Shown here piece by piece: positions 46,760 to 57,157 of a DNA stretch of 64,000 nt; the first letter of the stretch is position 1, and each line of letters starts with the position of its first letter. Position numbers and translations under genes: made by a program. The stretch is taken from assembly GCA_037146775.1 (NCBI GenBank), contig JBAWWL010000010.1:12963-76962 (forward strand), read 5' to 3'. This DNA comes from Candidatus Omnitrophota bacterium (GTDB lineage Bacteria > Omnitrophota > Gorgyraeia > Duberdicusellales > 4484-171). The notes beneath the pieces are model-generated. The model was not told where the DNA came from. It was given only the letters and a program-made list of their open reading frames with translations, and did not search any database.

Positions 46760-47923
46760 CTATTTGCTATATTTTTTTATCAGCTCAAGTGCGATAATGT
46801 TCCGCTGTATCTGGTTCGTTCCCTCGTAGATCTGGGTTATTTTTGCATCGCGCATGAATTTCTCTATAGGGTAATCACGCATATATCCGTAGCCGCCGAA
46901 TATTTGTACTGCGTTTGTCGCGACTTCCATGGCTGTGTCAGAAGCAAATAATTTAGCTGCGGCACTGGCAGTTCCTACATCTTTGACTCCTCTGTCGACC
47001 ATGGATGCGACACTGTACACCAGACTTCTTGCAGCTTCGGTTTTAGTTACCATATCGGCAAGCATCCATTGAATACCCTGAAATGAGCTGATAGGTTTGC
47101 CAAATTGAATGCGTTTGTGAGAGTAGTCGGTAGCAAGTTCGAGTGCGCCTTGCGCAATCCCTACCGCTTGTGCGGCAACGCCAGGCCGTGACTGGTCAAA
47201 TGTTTTCATCGTCGCAATAAAACCAATACCTTCCCGTAATCCCAGTAAATTTTCTTTTGGAATTCTTGCGTCGCTAAAAACCAATTCCCTGGTGGACGAG
47301 GTGCGTATTCCCAGCTTTTCTTCTTTTTTACCGAAGGTAAAACCCGGAGTTCCTTTTTCCACAATAAATGCGGAAACGCCTCTGGCTCCCCGTGCTTTAT
47401 CGGTTACGGCAATTACGGTATAAATTTCGGCATCGCCGCCGTTAGTGATGAAATGCTTTGTGCCATTCAACACGTAGCTGTTGCCGTCTTTTTTTGCTGT
47501 TGTCTTGACTGCGGAAGCGTCGGAGCCTGCCTCGGGCTCGGTGAGTGCGAATGCGGCCAGTTTTTTCCCGGATGCGATATCGGGTAAGTATTTCTTTTTC
47601 TGTTCTTCCGTACCGAATAAAAGTATCGGAAACATCCCTAAAAACGATGCAGCGTAGGTTGTGGCGACGCCGCCGTCGACTCGGGAAATTTCTTCTGTGG
47701 CAATGCAGAGATTTAAAAGCCCAGCGCCCATTCCTCCATAGCTTTCAGGAATGCAGAGCGCGAAAAGATCGGATTTCGCAAGAGTCTTGACGATTTCCCA
47801 AGGGAATTCTTCTTTTTCGTCGAGTTCGTGTGAAAAGGGGCGTATTTTTTCTTCAGCAATCTGGCGGCACAAATCGCGCAACATTTTTTGTTCTTCGCTC
47901 AAAGGGTAGTCAACTAAAAACAT
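46760..47923 (-). CDS. Acyl-CoA dehydrogenase (butyryl-CoA dehydrogenase-like)
   Basis: FALTEPEAGSD, NGTKHFITNG, QIFGGYGY, RDAKITQIYEGTNQIQR. Confidence 0.95.
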   Translation of the reverse strand: MFLVDYPLSEEQKMLRDLCRQIAEEKIRPFSHELDEKEEFPWEIVKTLAKSDLFALCIPESYGGMGAGLLNLCIATEEISRVDGGVATTYAASFLGMFPILLFGTEEQKKKYLPDIASGKKLAAFALTEPEAGSDASAVKTTAKKDGNSYVLNGTKHFITNGGDAEIYTVIAVTDKARGARGVSAFIVEKGTPGFTFGKKEEKLGIRTSSTRELVFSDARIPKENLLGLREGIGFIATMKTFDQSRPGVAAQAVGIAQGALELATDYSHKRIQFGKPISSFQGIQWMLADMVTKTEAARSLVYSVASMVDRGVKDVGTASAAAKLFASDTAMEVATNAVQIFGGYGYMRDYPIEKFMRDAKITQIYEGTNQIQRNIIALELIKKYSK

Positions 47924-47966
47924 ATTTTTGCTCCTTCCTTTTCCGTGCGTTTCCTGTAATAAATGA

Positions 47967-48419
47967 TTATATCGTGAGAATAACGGCTGTTTCCCTGCAG
48001 TTTGGAAAATAAATACAATTAACGCAGTCGCTCCATATTTTATGGGGAAGTTCTTTCATCTCAGTTTCCTGAAAGCCTACTTTTTTAAAGAATTGAGGTA
48101 CAAAGGTAAGTGCAAAAACTTTCTTTAGCCCCATGCTTTTTGCTTCTTCGACGCACCGGCATACCAGCTTTGCACCGACGCCCTGGTGCTGGAATTTCCT
48201 GTCAACGATCAGCGACTTTACCTCTCCTAAATCCTGCCAGCCTATTATATGCAACGCGCAACAGGCAATGATCTTTTTCTGCCGTTCTTCAAGCCAAAAA
48301 TCTCTAATATTCTCGTAAATGTAATTGAGGGGACGTTCGAGAACATGCCCTTTTTTGGCCCAGGTATTTATAAGCGAGTAAATAGCCTTAGCGTCAGTTA
48401 TCTTTGCTTTTCTTAGCAT
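47967..48419 (-). CDS. GNAT N-acetyltransferase (short ArgA-like)
   Basis: YENIRDF, GEVKSL, VFALTF, LPHKIWSDC. Confidence 0.85.
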   Translation of the reverse strand: MLRKAKITDAKAIYSLINTWAKKGHVLERPLNYIYENIRDFWLEERQKKIIACCALHIIGWQDLGEVKSLIVDRKFQHQGVGAKLVCRCVEEAKSMGLKKVFALTFVPQFFKKVGFQETEMKELPHKIWSDCVNCIYFPNCRETAVILTI

Positions 48420-48978
48420 TATCGAAGAAAAAAGTTACTCCTCCCAAGTACATATTCGAGTCTATACCGCTGTTAGGGTGTTTAATGCTGGCATTGGAAA
48501 GATGGCGGTAGCGGTATTCGAGATTGAGTGCGACATTATCCTTGATAAAATAGTGTAATCCCGCTCCTCCCTGAGGAAGAAAGTTGTATTGCGTAGACTG
48601 CTCAAGCGTGTGTTGGCTCATGTAGAGCATACCTAGCCCGCCTTTTACGTATGGCTGTATTTTGGCATTAAGCGGTAGAACATATTTGACTAGAAAATTA
48701 GAACCAGCTTCGACGTTGCTGTTTGGCGAGTTAATGGTATTGATGAATGGTTCGAGAACAAAATCGAAACGTCCGGGGAACTTAAGCCCGATCTTACCCA
48801 AGAGCGGTTTGCCGTCAAAATCGAAGGCAACGAGTAAAGGTACTCCCTGGTATTTTTTCTGGGTATGGTCGAGATTACCGTTTAAAAAACCGGTGGTTAC
48901 TTCGATAGCATCAAGTGCGTGTGCAAACGGCAGAAAACAAAACAAGAAAACCATAACTAACAATACATTTTTTTTCAT
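48394..48978 (-). CDS. pagL: Lipid A 3-O-deacylase / acyloxyacyl hydrolase (PagL family)
   Basis: Signal, beta-barrel, YRYRHLSNASIKHPNSG catalytic motif; promoter TTGACA-17-TAAAAT at 49001-49029. Confidence 0.85.
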   Translation of the reverse strand: MKKNVLLVMVFLFCFLPFAHALDAIEVTTGFLNGNLDHTQKKYQGVPLLVAFDFDGKPLLGKIGLKFPGRFDFVLEPFINTINSPNSNVEAGSNFLVKYVLPLNAKIQPYVKGGLGMLYMSQHTLEQSTQYNFLPQGGAGLHYFIKDNVALNLEYRYRHLSNASIKHPNSGIDSNMYLGGVTFFFDNAKKSKDN

Positions 48979-49059
48979 AGGTAATCCTCCTTAAGAATAA
49001 ATTTTAAACGGGAAAGTGTGATCTGTCAAATCTTTTTAGAAAAAAATGTTCGCGTGTTA

Positions 49060-50340
49060 TTAGCGGGAAGACGTGGTTTTTGGTTTTTTCGGTTTGATGC
49101 TGGGGTGGGTAAAAAAATCTTTCAGCACAGAAAAGGCTTTTTTCGGTATCCTTTCATCGAGGGTGTCTTCCAGTTTCATTTTTAAACTTACAATGCCGAA
49201 CCATTCTTCGTTCATGTTCAGGCCGGTAGAAACTCTGATATCATGGTAATAAGCTCCGTTAGACCAGCCGGCTTCCGAGTTATGAAGAACCCATTCTGAG
49301 GTGTATCCTTCATTGTGTTTCCACCACTCGTCGTTCCACTCAAAAAGAGCACCGCCAATGCAATTCCCTTCTTTATTACCGCTTGAGACGGTATTGGCAT
49401 AAATGTCCTGCCATTGCGAGAGCACATACTCGGCTTGAGTTTCTTGATCTTCTTTATTCTTGTAGGAGTCGTAGCTGTCCGCGCCAAACTCAGAAAGAAA
49501 AATCGGCTTATCAAAAACATTTTTAACATGGCGAAAAAGATTTCCGAATGTTTTACCGCGATAAGCTATGATTGCCAAAACATCGATATTTTTACAGATA
49601 CGTGCGGCGATATCGAGGAAGTTCGCTTCGCCGTTACCAAGGGCAATCGGATGTACGGGGTCAATCTTTTTTATTTCCGCAGCTAACTCATCGGCAAACG
49701 TATAATAGATTTCTGCCCGGCGGGCAATTTGATTACACGGTTCTTTAATCTGCTCTATTTCGGGAGAGGTCCAGAAGCAGATTTTACCCGCAAAGGTATA
49801 ATTGTTTTCATTACCCAATACCCACATTAAGAGACCTTTTTCGTTTTTGAGGGCTTCGACAATTTTTAATATCCGCTCTTTGGTTTTTTGTTGAAAAGTT
49901 GAGTCGGCATAGTTTGGGCCGGGGTATGTCCAGAGCCCCATCCAATCGCTCACGATCGTATAAATACCGAATTTCTCGTACATGTCGCGAATGAATTCTT
50001 TTGTTTTTTCTATGTCGTTGCCAACGCTATAAATACGTACGCAATTAACACCAAGCTTTTTCATGAGTTTGCCGTCAGCGAGCCACGGCTTTTTACTATC
50101 CGCAAGAAAATCGTAATCGTAGCCTTTACCGATTGGTGTGGGGTTGTAAATAAGGCCTTTCAGGAATACCGGTTTACCTTTTATGTAAAGACAGTATCCC
50201 CCTTCTTTGGTAGCTTCAATAACCACGCTTGCCACCTGGCTAAAGGCGTTGAAAAATAGCAGGCAGCCTAATAAAAGGCTGCCTGCTATCACAATAAGTT
50301 TACTCTTTTTCGTATCTAATGTCATCGAGGTAGAACACAA
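49060..50340 (-). CDS. Clan GH-A TIM-barrel glycoside hydrolase (GH2-like)
   Basis: GVNCVRIY, WVLGNENNY, SEFGAD, FEWNDEWWK. Confidence 0.82.
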   Translation of the reverse strand: MCSTSMTLDTKKSKLIVIAGSLLLGCLLFFNAFSQVASVVIEATKEGGYCLYIKGKPVFLKGLIYNPTPIGKGYDYDFLADSKKPWLADGKLMKKLGVNCVRIYSVGNDIEKTKEFIRDMYEKFGIYTIVSDWMGLWTYPGPNYADSTFQQKTKERILKIVEALKNEKGLLMWVLGNENNYTFAGKICFWTSPEIEQIKEPCNQIARRAEIYYTFADELAAEIKKIDPVHPIALGNGEANFLDIAARICKNIDVLAIIAYRGKTFGNLFRHVKNVFDKPIFLSEFGADSYDSYKNKEDQETQAEYVLSQWQDIYANTVSSGNKEGNCIGGALFEWNDEWWKHNEGYTSEWVLHNSEAGWSNGAYYHDIRVSTGLNMNEEWFGIVSLKMKLEDTLDERIPKKAFSVLKDFFTHPSIKPKKPKTTSSR

Positions 50341-51475
50341 CCCCTTCAGGATCGTTTACGTCAATATTTGTTGCCCAACAGAATCCGCCAATTACATAAG
50401 AAAGGTCTTTTCCTTTGAGGTCGATCTCATATTTTTTCCAGTCCTTTGTAAGCTGTACCGGACCGATGCTGGCACTGTCGGAGTCCGCGTGTTCGCCGCT
50501 ATTGATGCCGCCCATTTTGAATTCGTTGATAGTTTCTCCGCCTTTTTCGCCTCGTGCCCAGAAAGTAACTTTCGTTGCGCCCTGGAGGTTAAAGCCGGCG
50601 TTAGGAACGGTTCCCCAGTTGTTGGCCGGTTGCTGCCAATACATACCTGCCCAGCGAGTTCCGGAATTGTTGCGATATTCAATGCGAACGCAGGAAGTGC
50701 CGCTAAAGGGCAAATTCTTCCAATTTACGTCTAATTTTAAGTCTTTCGCCGCGGTAGCAGGCATCCATCCGGAAGGAATAAAATGGTTATCTAAGCTTGA
50801 AGCATCCGCATATACATAGAAAGGAAAATTGGTTTTTGCTTCTTCTTTCTTTAAGCCAGCGTCAACGGTGAAATAAATATCATCTAAATAAATCGATTGC
50901 TCTCCGCCGGCCTGGTCCGCGTTAAACACGATACAAAACCCGCCGTTAATGTAATGCATATCCTTTCCGGTGAGGTTAATCGAATATTGCTGCCAATCTT
51001 TCGTTAATTTAACCGGGCCGTATTCGACAGTAGTGGAATCGGGAAACTGTACTGTTTCACCTGCGGTAGTTTTAATTATGCCGCCAATTTTTATCGAGGT
51101 AATAACTTCTCCGCCTTTTTCGCCTTTTGCCCAAAACACAAGTTTGTTGAAACCGGTTAAATCGACGCCGGTATCCTTTGCGCCCCAGTTATTCTGTGAG
51201 GATTGCCAGTAAATACCTGTCCAACCCTGGCCTTGAGTCTTTTTTGCGGCATAGGTTATCTTCATACATGATGTGCCGCGAGCACCTACGGTTTCTTGGT
51301 CATTAAATTTTAAATCGCCGAAATCGCCCATCCAGCCGGAAGGAATAAAATGGTTGCCGGTTGCGCCCTTGTCGCTATAGACGTCAAACCGTTTTTCTTC
51401 TTTTTTTTCCTCGGCTGCCAGGACGCCGCTTATTACCAACATACACCCGAGTATCACAAGTAAAATCTTACGCAT
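50300..51475 (-). CDS. Secreted tandem carbohydrate-binding-module protein
   Basis: Two copies of NHFIPSGWM...W.G.YWQ...NNWG...FWA.GEKGGE...LTKDW..Y.I.L...IGGFC...YLDDI. Confidence 0.8.
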   Translation of the reverse strand: MRKILLVILGCMLVISGVLAAEEKKEEKRFDVYSDKGATGNHFIPSGWMGDFGDLKFNDQETVGARGTSCMKITYAAKKTQGQGWTGIYWQSSQNNWGAKDTGVDLTGFNKLVFWAKGEKGGEVITSIKIGGIIKTTAGETVQFPDSTTVEYGPVKLTKDWQQYSINLTGKDMHYINGGFCIVFNADQAGGEQSIYLDDIYFTVDAGLKKEEAKTNFPFYVYADASSLDNHFIPSGWMPATAAKDLKLDVNWKNLPFSGTSCVRIEYRNNSGTRWAGMYWQQPANNWGTVPNAGFNLQGATKVTFWARGEKGGETINEFKMGGINSGEHADSDSASIGPVQLTKDWKKYEIDLKGKDLSYVIGGFCWATNIDVNDPEGVVFYLDDIRYEKE

Positions 51476-51623
51476 TCCGTTCCTCCTTCTGTTTAGATCA
51501 TTACTGTACCAAATACACAGTAAACAATAAACTGCATTTTTTTGTTGTTTCGCCCCTTTTCACCTCCTTCTGATCGTTTCAACGTAGTAAATTAAGCAAT
51601 AGAGAACGTTTAAAATGTACGCG

Positions 51624-54023
51624 TCAATTGTCTTTCCACAATCCTTTATAGGTAAGGTATGCCTTTTTTAATGTACGTAAAAAAGGAGATTGTTTACCTT
51701 CGCCTTGGCCTACAACGCCAAGCCATTCTTCATGCATATAACCATCCAGAAAAGGCCCCGTAAAAAGGCCTTTGCGGTCATGATGCCATGGTTTATAGGA
51801 TTTCCACCACTCATCCGTCCATTCGAACACGAATCCGCCGATTGCATTTCCTGTGCCATATCCGCTTGAGTTGCAGGCAATATCCAGCCAGGCGTTGCGA
51901 TGGTATTCAGCCTGAAAAGATTCGGATTCTTCCATGGAATATCCTTGTGCATAAGAAGGTGCGCCATATTCGGTAATCATTGCGGCCCTACTCGATGTAT
52001 TTTTGACTTCATCCCAAAAATCAAAGAATCCGTATTTTCCTCGGTAACAGTTTGTTCCAAACACATCAATATCGGGACAGTTTTTAGCAAAAACATCCAG
52101 GAACAGCGCATCCCCTGACGCAATACCAACCGGCCGCTTAAGGGGGTCGAGTTGTTTTATTAACTTTGCTGCTTCGTTTGCGAATTTAAAAAAACTTTCC
52201 GGCTTTTTGTCGGCATTACACGCAACGCCGTACACATTCTCGTTTCCTAAAAGCCACATGATGATACCGGGTTCGTCCTTGAATTCGGTAACCATTTCCC
52301 GTACACTTGAGAGCATATTTTCTTGATGAGCAGGATCGTCGTAGTCAGTTCCCGGTTCCCATGGCGCTTTACTTCCGAGGGCGTATTTTCCCAAAAAATC
52401 GCCCAATACTGTATATATACCATATTTTTGGTACATTTGTCGAATAAGTTCTTTATTTATTTTAAATGGCTGGTGATATAGCCGTACGCAGTTAACTCCC
52501 ATATTTTTCATGAGATAAAAGTCACCGACTGTCTTTTCCCCTGCGTCTTGTATGCCGTTTGCGTTTTCGTCCACCCAGGTTTCGTAGGGAGCGTCGATGG
52601 TATTGTTATTGTTTACATCCTGGATACTCCAGTTTTGTTGAGTGCCTTTATCGGGAGATTCGCCAACACGGGTAGGGGCGTAAGTGACTCCTTTTATGAT
52701 AAATGGTTTTCCGTCAACCAGAAATTGCCAATCCCCGTTTTCGTAACGCACTATCTTTACTTTTTCTCCGCCTCTGGTTTCAACGATTTTACCCGGTTTC
52801 CGGTATTTTTCCTGCGCAGGGCATAGATTGGTCTTTAAGCATAACTTTTGCAGTATGTTTGCTTTAACTAATTTCCCCGGATTGACTATAAAAATATCGT
52901 TTCGTATGTCATTATCAAAGCCATTTATTACCTTTATCGAAGCGCCCTCCAACCTCAAGCCTAATTCCGGATTTTCCCGCAAGAGATGTTTGATCCGGTA
53001 CAGGCTTGCTTTGCCGATATACCAAGGCGTGTGCCAGTATGTCCATCCGTACGCAGTCGGAAAATGGACCAATACCGCATAGTAAGCTTTAATGGCTTGC
53101 TTTGTGAGTCCGCTGCGTTCCAGAATGTCGGCAATAAAAAATTGTTTTACCCCCCACGGTTCGGGGGCAATATTCCATTTATAAAATGCGGTCTTAAAAT
53201 CGCGACTATTTAAAATATTCCAGTGTTCGACAGTGCCTATTTCTTTTTTTATTTTAATGAATTCAGGGTCAAATTTAAGTGAGCTGGAATTTGGGTAAAT
53301 TCCTTCGCCTACGGCGTTCGATAAACCGATTTGGTCTTTAATTATGTACTGGTATTCTTTGGTCCCGGCACCTTTAAATTCGCCATACTTGGTATAATCA
53401 ACCGGAAAGATACCCGGGTCATATAGCTCAATAAGTATTGATTTTTCTAAAACGTTTGGTGCCTCAGTGTCGGTTCCTTTGATCTCGTCCAGGACTTTTT
53501 CTGCAGTCTCTTTTATGGACCAGAAAGTTCCGCGTGAAGGGTCGAATGCTTGCGCGTAGGGGTATTTTTTTGTCACTTCTTCAAGTATTTTTGCCGCCTC
53601 ATCAATTTTATTTTCGTCACGCAGGCTTTCGCCTTTGATAAAGTAACTTATCGCTACATCATCCATTATTTTGAAGGCGGTTTCCTCATTTTGAGGAGGG
53701 AATTTTTGGAGTGTTGCGGCAAGTTTATCGGCTTCGGCTGAGAACTTGAAAATGCATTCGTCGGTAACCTTATACACTTCTTCGTATTTCTTTTCTCCTT
53801 GCAGTGCCCATGCCTTTTTTACATATTCGGAAGAGTCTTCTTGTTGCGCAAAACAGACCAAAGACCAAAAACTAAAGATTAAAGACAAAAAACAGACAAC
53901 AGAAAAATCTGCCTTTTGGCCTCTGCCCTCTGACTTCTGACTTCTGCCTTCTGCCTTCTGTCCTCTGGCTTCTGTCTTCTGCCTTCTGTCCTCTGACCTC
54001 TGACCTCTGTCCTCTGTCTTCAT
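51624..54023 (-). CDS. TPR + GH-A (GH2-like) glycoside hydrolase with repeat-derived leader
   Basis: TPR-like helices; KGVTYAP, GVNCVRLY, WLLGNENVY, TEYGA, FEWTDEWWK. Confidence 0.82.
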   Translation of the reverse strand: MKTEDRGQRSEDRRQKTEARGQKAEGRSQKSEGRGQKADFSVVCFLSLIFSFWSLVCFAQQEDSSEYVKKAWALQGEKKYEEVYKVTDECIFKFSAEADKLAATLQKFPPQNEETAFKIMDDVAISYFIKGESLRDENKIDEAAKILEEVTKKYPYAQAFDPSRGTFWSIKETAEKVLDEIKGTDTEAPNVLEKSILIELYDPGIFPVDYTKYGEFKGAGTKEYQYIIKDQIGLSNAVGEGIYPNSSSLKFDPEFIKIKKEIGTVEHWNILNSRDFKTAFYKWNIAPEPWGVKQFFIADILERSGLTKQAIKAYYAVLVHFPTAYGWTYWHTPWYIGKASLYRIKHLLRENPELGLRLEGASIKVINGFDNDIRNDIFIVNPGKLVKANILQKLCLKTNLCPAQEKYRKPGKIVETRGGEKVKIVRYENGDWQFLVDGKPFIIKGVTYAPTRVGESPDKGTQQNWSIQDVNNNNTIDAPYETWVDENANGIQDAGEKTVGDFYLMKNMGVNCVRLYHQPFKINKELIRQMYQKYGIYTVLGDFLGKYALGSKAPWEPGTDYDDPAHQENMLSSVREMVTEFKDEPGIIMWLLGNENVYGVACNADKKPESFFKFANEAAKLIKQLDPLKRPVGIASGDALFLDVFAKNCPDIDVFGTNCYRGKYGFFDFWDEVKNTSSRAAMITEYGAPSYAQGYSMEESESFQAEYHRNAWLDIACNSSGYGTGNAIGGFVFEWTDEWWKSYKPWHHDRKGLFTGPFLDGYMHEEWLGVVGQGEGKQSPFLRTLKKAYLTYKGLWKDN
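53853..54016. repeat. Heptamer array (NCYTCTG x15 at 53912-54016) plus degenerate inverted units (about 53853-53905), inside the GH 5' end
   Basis: ccttttg gcctctg ccctctg acttctg acttctg ... acctctg acctctg tcctctg. Confidence 0.9.
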
Positions 54024-54856
54024 CCCACCACCGCTCCGGCAGTTAAACCTTTAATGATTTGTTTCTGCATCCGCAGGTATAGCAATATAATAGGAAGAGC
54101 TGCTACCGCTAAAGCTGCCATAATCAAGGTGTGTTGGATGATATTACGGTTATAGATTTCCATTAACCCTACCTGTAGCGGCATTAGTTTATCTTCGGTA
54201 AACATCAATGACGCAAGCACGAATTCATTCCAGACGTTAAGTGTATTAAAAATAATTACCACAGCTAATGCCGGAGCTACAAGCGGCAGTCCGACATTCC
54301 ACCAGATTTGCAAACGGTTGCAACCGTCAATTCTGGCGGCATCCTCGAGATCGCGCGGTAATTGATCAAAAAAGGTGCGCAGCATATAGATACTTAAAGA
54401 AAGCCCCATATTGGTCATTGCCAGAATATAGCCGGTTCGGTTAATGAGATGCAGTTTATTGAGTAAGATGTAGACAGGCACGAAACCCGCAGGTAAGGGG
54501 ATCATCATTGCCGCTAAAAACATGAAAAATATAACGTTTTTACCGGGAAAATTCAAACGCGAAAACGAATAGGCGGCAAGCGAAGAAATAATCACGATCA
54601 AAAAGACCGTTACGATCGTATAAAAGACGCTGTTGACAAAATATGAGCCAAGATTGCCGTCGACGAGCGCGGTTTTGTAATTGTCGACGTTGAATCGCGT
54701 AACTGGTTTAAGGCCGAAATCACTACGGAATTCCTGCTCGGTCTTGAGTGATACATTAAGCATCCAGATGAGCGGGAAAATACAGCTTAGCGCTACGCTT
54801 AAAAGGAATAAGTGCAGAAACAGGAGAATGAATATTTTTTTAGTTCGGTAATACAC
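54020..54856 (-). CDS. Carbohydrate ABC transporter permease (MalG-like)
   Basis: AAYSFSRLNFPG, LEDAARIDG, WNEF. Confidence 0.93.
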   Translation of the reverse strand: MYYRTKKIFILLFLHLFLLSVALSCIFPLIWMLNVSLKTEQEFRSDFGLKPVTRFNVDNYKTALVDGNLGSYFVNSVFYTIVTVFLIVIISSLAAYSFSRLNFPGKNVIFFMFLAAMMIPLPAGFVPVYILLNKLHLINRTGYILAMTNMGLSLSIYMLRTFFDQLPRDLEDAARIDGCNRLQIWWNVGLPLVAPALAVVIIFNTLNVWNEFVLASLMFTEDKLMPLQVGLMEIYNRNIIQHTLIMAALAVAALPIILLYLRMQKQIIKGLTAGAVVG

Positions 54857-55730
54857 CCCAGCGTTTCCTTATTTGTTTGGAGATGTGTAGCATGGTGAAC
54901 GACACGATAATCAATAAAATCCCCAGTACTACTCCTTCGGCGCAAGCTAAACCAACTTGATTACCGCGTAGATGATTATAGATACGCATGACCGGAACCT
55001 GGGTAAGCCCTCCGGCTCCTCTGGTAAGAGCCAGGATCATAGCGAATGCCTGCATAGTGCCTAATATGGTCAAGACGAATACGACGGCAATCACCGGCAT
55101 CAGAAGCGGGAAAGTGACCCGGCAAAATGTTTGCCAGGCGTTGGCGCCGTCAATACGCGCGGCTTCATATAATTGTTCCGGAATAGTTTGTAACCCGGCA
55201 AGTAAGATAACGAACGCCCAACCAAAACCTTTCCAACAGTGGACCAGGGCAGTGGTGAGAAGTACTCTGTCTTTTCCTAGCCAATCGATTGCAAAAAATC
55301 CCAGACCGGCCTTTTTGAGCCACTGGTTGAAAATTCCGGGGTCTGAAACGAGAATTTCTCGCATAAGTAATCCTATAATGATCTCCGACAATACCGGTAA
55401 TATAAAAAATATGACGCGATAAATCTTGCCGGTCCGGGTAGCCCGATCGACTCCGAGTGCCAGGCAAAACGCAAGGATATTCTGAAAAGTAAGCGCCCAG
55501 AAGGTGATGAAGGCGCTGTTATACATCGATTGCCACCAATCTTTATCGTAGAAAAGGATTTCTTTGAAATTAGACCAGCCGACGAATTCCAAAGAAGAAA
55601 TTGCGTCTCCGCGCTGGAAGCTTAGCACGAACGTATAAATGAAGGGGTACACGTAAAAAATACAGAAAATCAAAAAGGCAGGCAGTACAAAGGAAAAATT
55701 TTTAAATTTGTCAGACAGAGAGTCGTGCAT
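54840..55730 (-). CDS. Carbohydrate ABC transporter permease (MalF-like)
   Basis: FVGWSNF, LAGLQTIPEQLYEAARIDGA. Confidence 0.93.
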   Translation of the reverse strand: MHDSLSDKFKNFSFVLPAFLIFCIFYVYPFIYTFVLSFQRGDAISSLEFVGWSNFKEILFYDKDWWQSMYNSAFITFWALTFQNILAFCLALGVDRATRTGKIYRVIFFILPVLSEIIIGLLMREILVSDPGIFNQWLKKAGLGFFAIDWLGKDRVLLTTALVHCWKGFGWAFVILLAGLQTIPEQLYEAARIDGANAWQTFCRVTFPLLMPVIAVVFVLTILGTMQAFAMILALTRGAGGLTQVPVMRIYNHLRGNQVGLACAEGVVLGILLIIVSFTMLHISKQIRKRWGVLPN

Positions 55731-55741
55731 AATGGAAATAT

Positions 55742-57034
55742 TTATTTTGCCAGTACGCGCTTTTTTACCGCTTGTATTTCGTGTGCTACTTCCTCCGGAG
55801 TTTTAATCCCCATTACAATTTGCTGTAATCCTTTATCGATGACTTCTATTACCCGTGAATCTTCGTTGTATGGCCATATATTGGGATGGGTAAGTATGGT
55901 TAGGTCTTTCAGGAGAGGCTTAAGGACAGTCGGAATATTTTCATCGCAATTACGGATAGCGGGTAGATTATTCGTTTCTTTTATGAGAAATTCTTGCTGT
56001 GGTTTTTCCGTCAACCATTGCAATAACTTTACCGCTTCTTCCTTGTTTGGTGAATGAGAATTTACTATAAACGCGGCGCCCGCTCCGCCCCAGATTTTTG
56101 CGGGAAATTTTTCTGATATTTTTGGCAGCGGAAAAAATCCATAATTTAGGTCCGGACCAAGCTGTTTATATACGTTTACCGTCCAGCTGCCGTTGAATGA
56201 GAAGGCAGCTTGGCCTTTTGAGAATTGGTCTTCTGCTTCTTTGTTGATCATGGTAGTGATATTCGGTGAGAGAATGCCGGCATCTCGTAACTCTGCAAAG
56301 AGCGAAAACACCGTAATCCAATCTTTGTCGGTATAAGGAACCGTTCCTTGGATCGTTTTAAAAAACTTTTCTTCGCCCATAAGGTTTATGGCCCATTCGG
56401 TAGCGAGACAATCTAAAAGCCATCCTTCGCCCCAGCCACACACAAAACCGTTTACTTTCTGGGACGCTTTTATCTTTTTAGCGTATGCTATGAATTCAGC
56501 GAGTGTTTTTGGGGGTTGATTCGGATCAATTCCTGCATCACTAAAAAGCTTTTTATTATAAATAAACTCTATGAGCGTCGTGTCGATGGGAACGCCGTAA
56601 ATACCGGGAGTTACTCCGTATGTATTACCTGGTTTAAAAATTGTGACTTCCAGGGCTTGGTTATAAAACGAATCTTTCCAGGCGTTATTGCCTGCTTCCA
56701 TATAAGGAGTTAAATCTAAAATGTATCCGGCTTTTACAAAAGAACCGACAGTTCTTTTTTCTCCCAGGATACCGAATATTTCCGGCAAATTTCCGGCTCT
56801 GGCTGCGGCGATAACTTTTTGCGAATAAATGTCAGGAGGAAAGAAAAGTTTAAATTCAACATCGATACCGGTTTTTTCTTTGTATTGTTTGGAGAGTGTC
56901 TCGAAGGCTGGTTTTCGGTCGTTCATCCAGTGCCAAATAACGATCTTTTTGGACGTCGATTTTTGCTGGGCACAACCGCTGGCTAACAATAAAATTACCG
57001 TGAGTATTTTTACCAGTCGTAATGCAGGACGCAT
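55742..57034 (-). CDS. Sugar ABC transporter solute-binding lipoprotein
   Basis: Lipobox LASGC, IVIWHW, IYNKKLF, FSKGQAA; promoter TTGCAT-17-TACAGT at 57075-57103. Confidence 0.92.
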   Translation of the reverse strand: MRPALRLVKILTVILLLASGCAQQKSTSKKIVIWHWMNDRKPAFETLSKQYKEKTGIDVEFKLFFPPDIYSQKVIAAARAGNLPEIFGILGEKRTVGSFVKAGYILDLTPYMEAGNNAWKDSFYNQALEVTIFKPGNTYGVTPGIYGVPIDTTLIEFIYNKKLFSDAGIDPNQPPKTLAEFIAYAKKIKASQKVNGFVCGWGEGWLLDCLATEWAINLMGEEKFFKTIQGTVPYTDKDWITVFSLFAELRDAGILSPNITTMINKEAEDQFSKGQAAFSFNGSWTVNVYKQLGPDLNYGFFPLPKISEKFPAKIWGGAGAAFIVNSHSPNKEEAVKLLQWLTEKPQQEFLIKETNNLPAIRNCDENIPTVLKPLLKDLTILTHPNIWPYNEDSRVIEVIDKGLQQIVMGIKTPEEVAHEIQAVKKRVLAK

Positions 57035-57157
57035 AATGCCTCCTTTAGTTTATTGATGGCGTAAAAAGAAAAATACTGTAACATATTTTACTTGGGAATG
57101 CAACTTATTTAAAAGTCGTTTACTATATCTGGCAAAAATGAATATTTTGTGCCGGTA

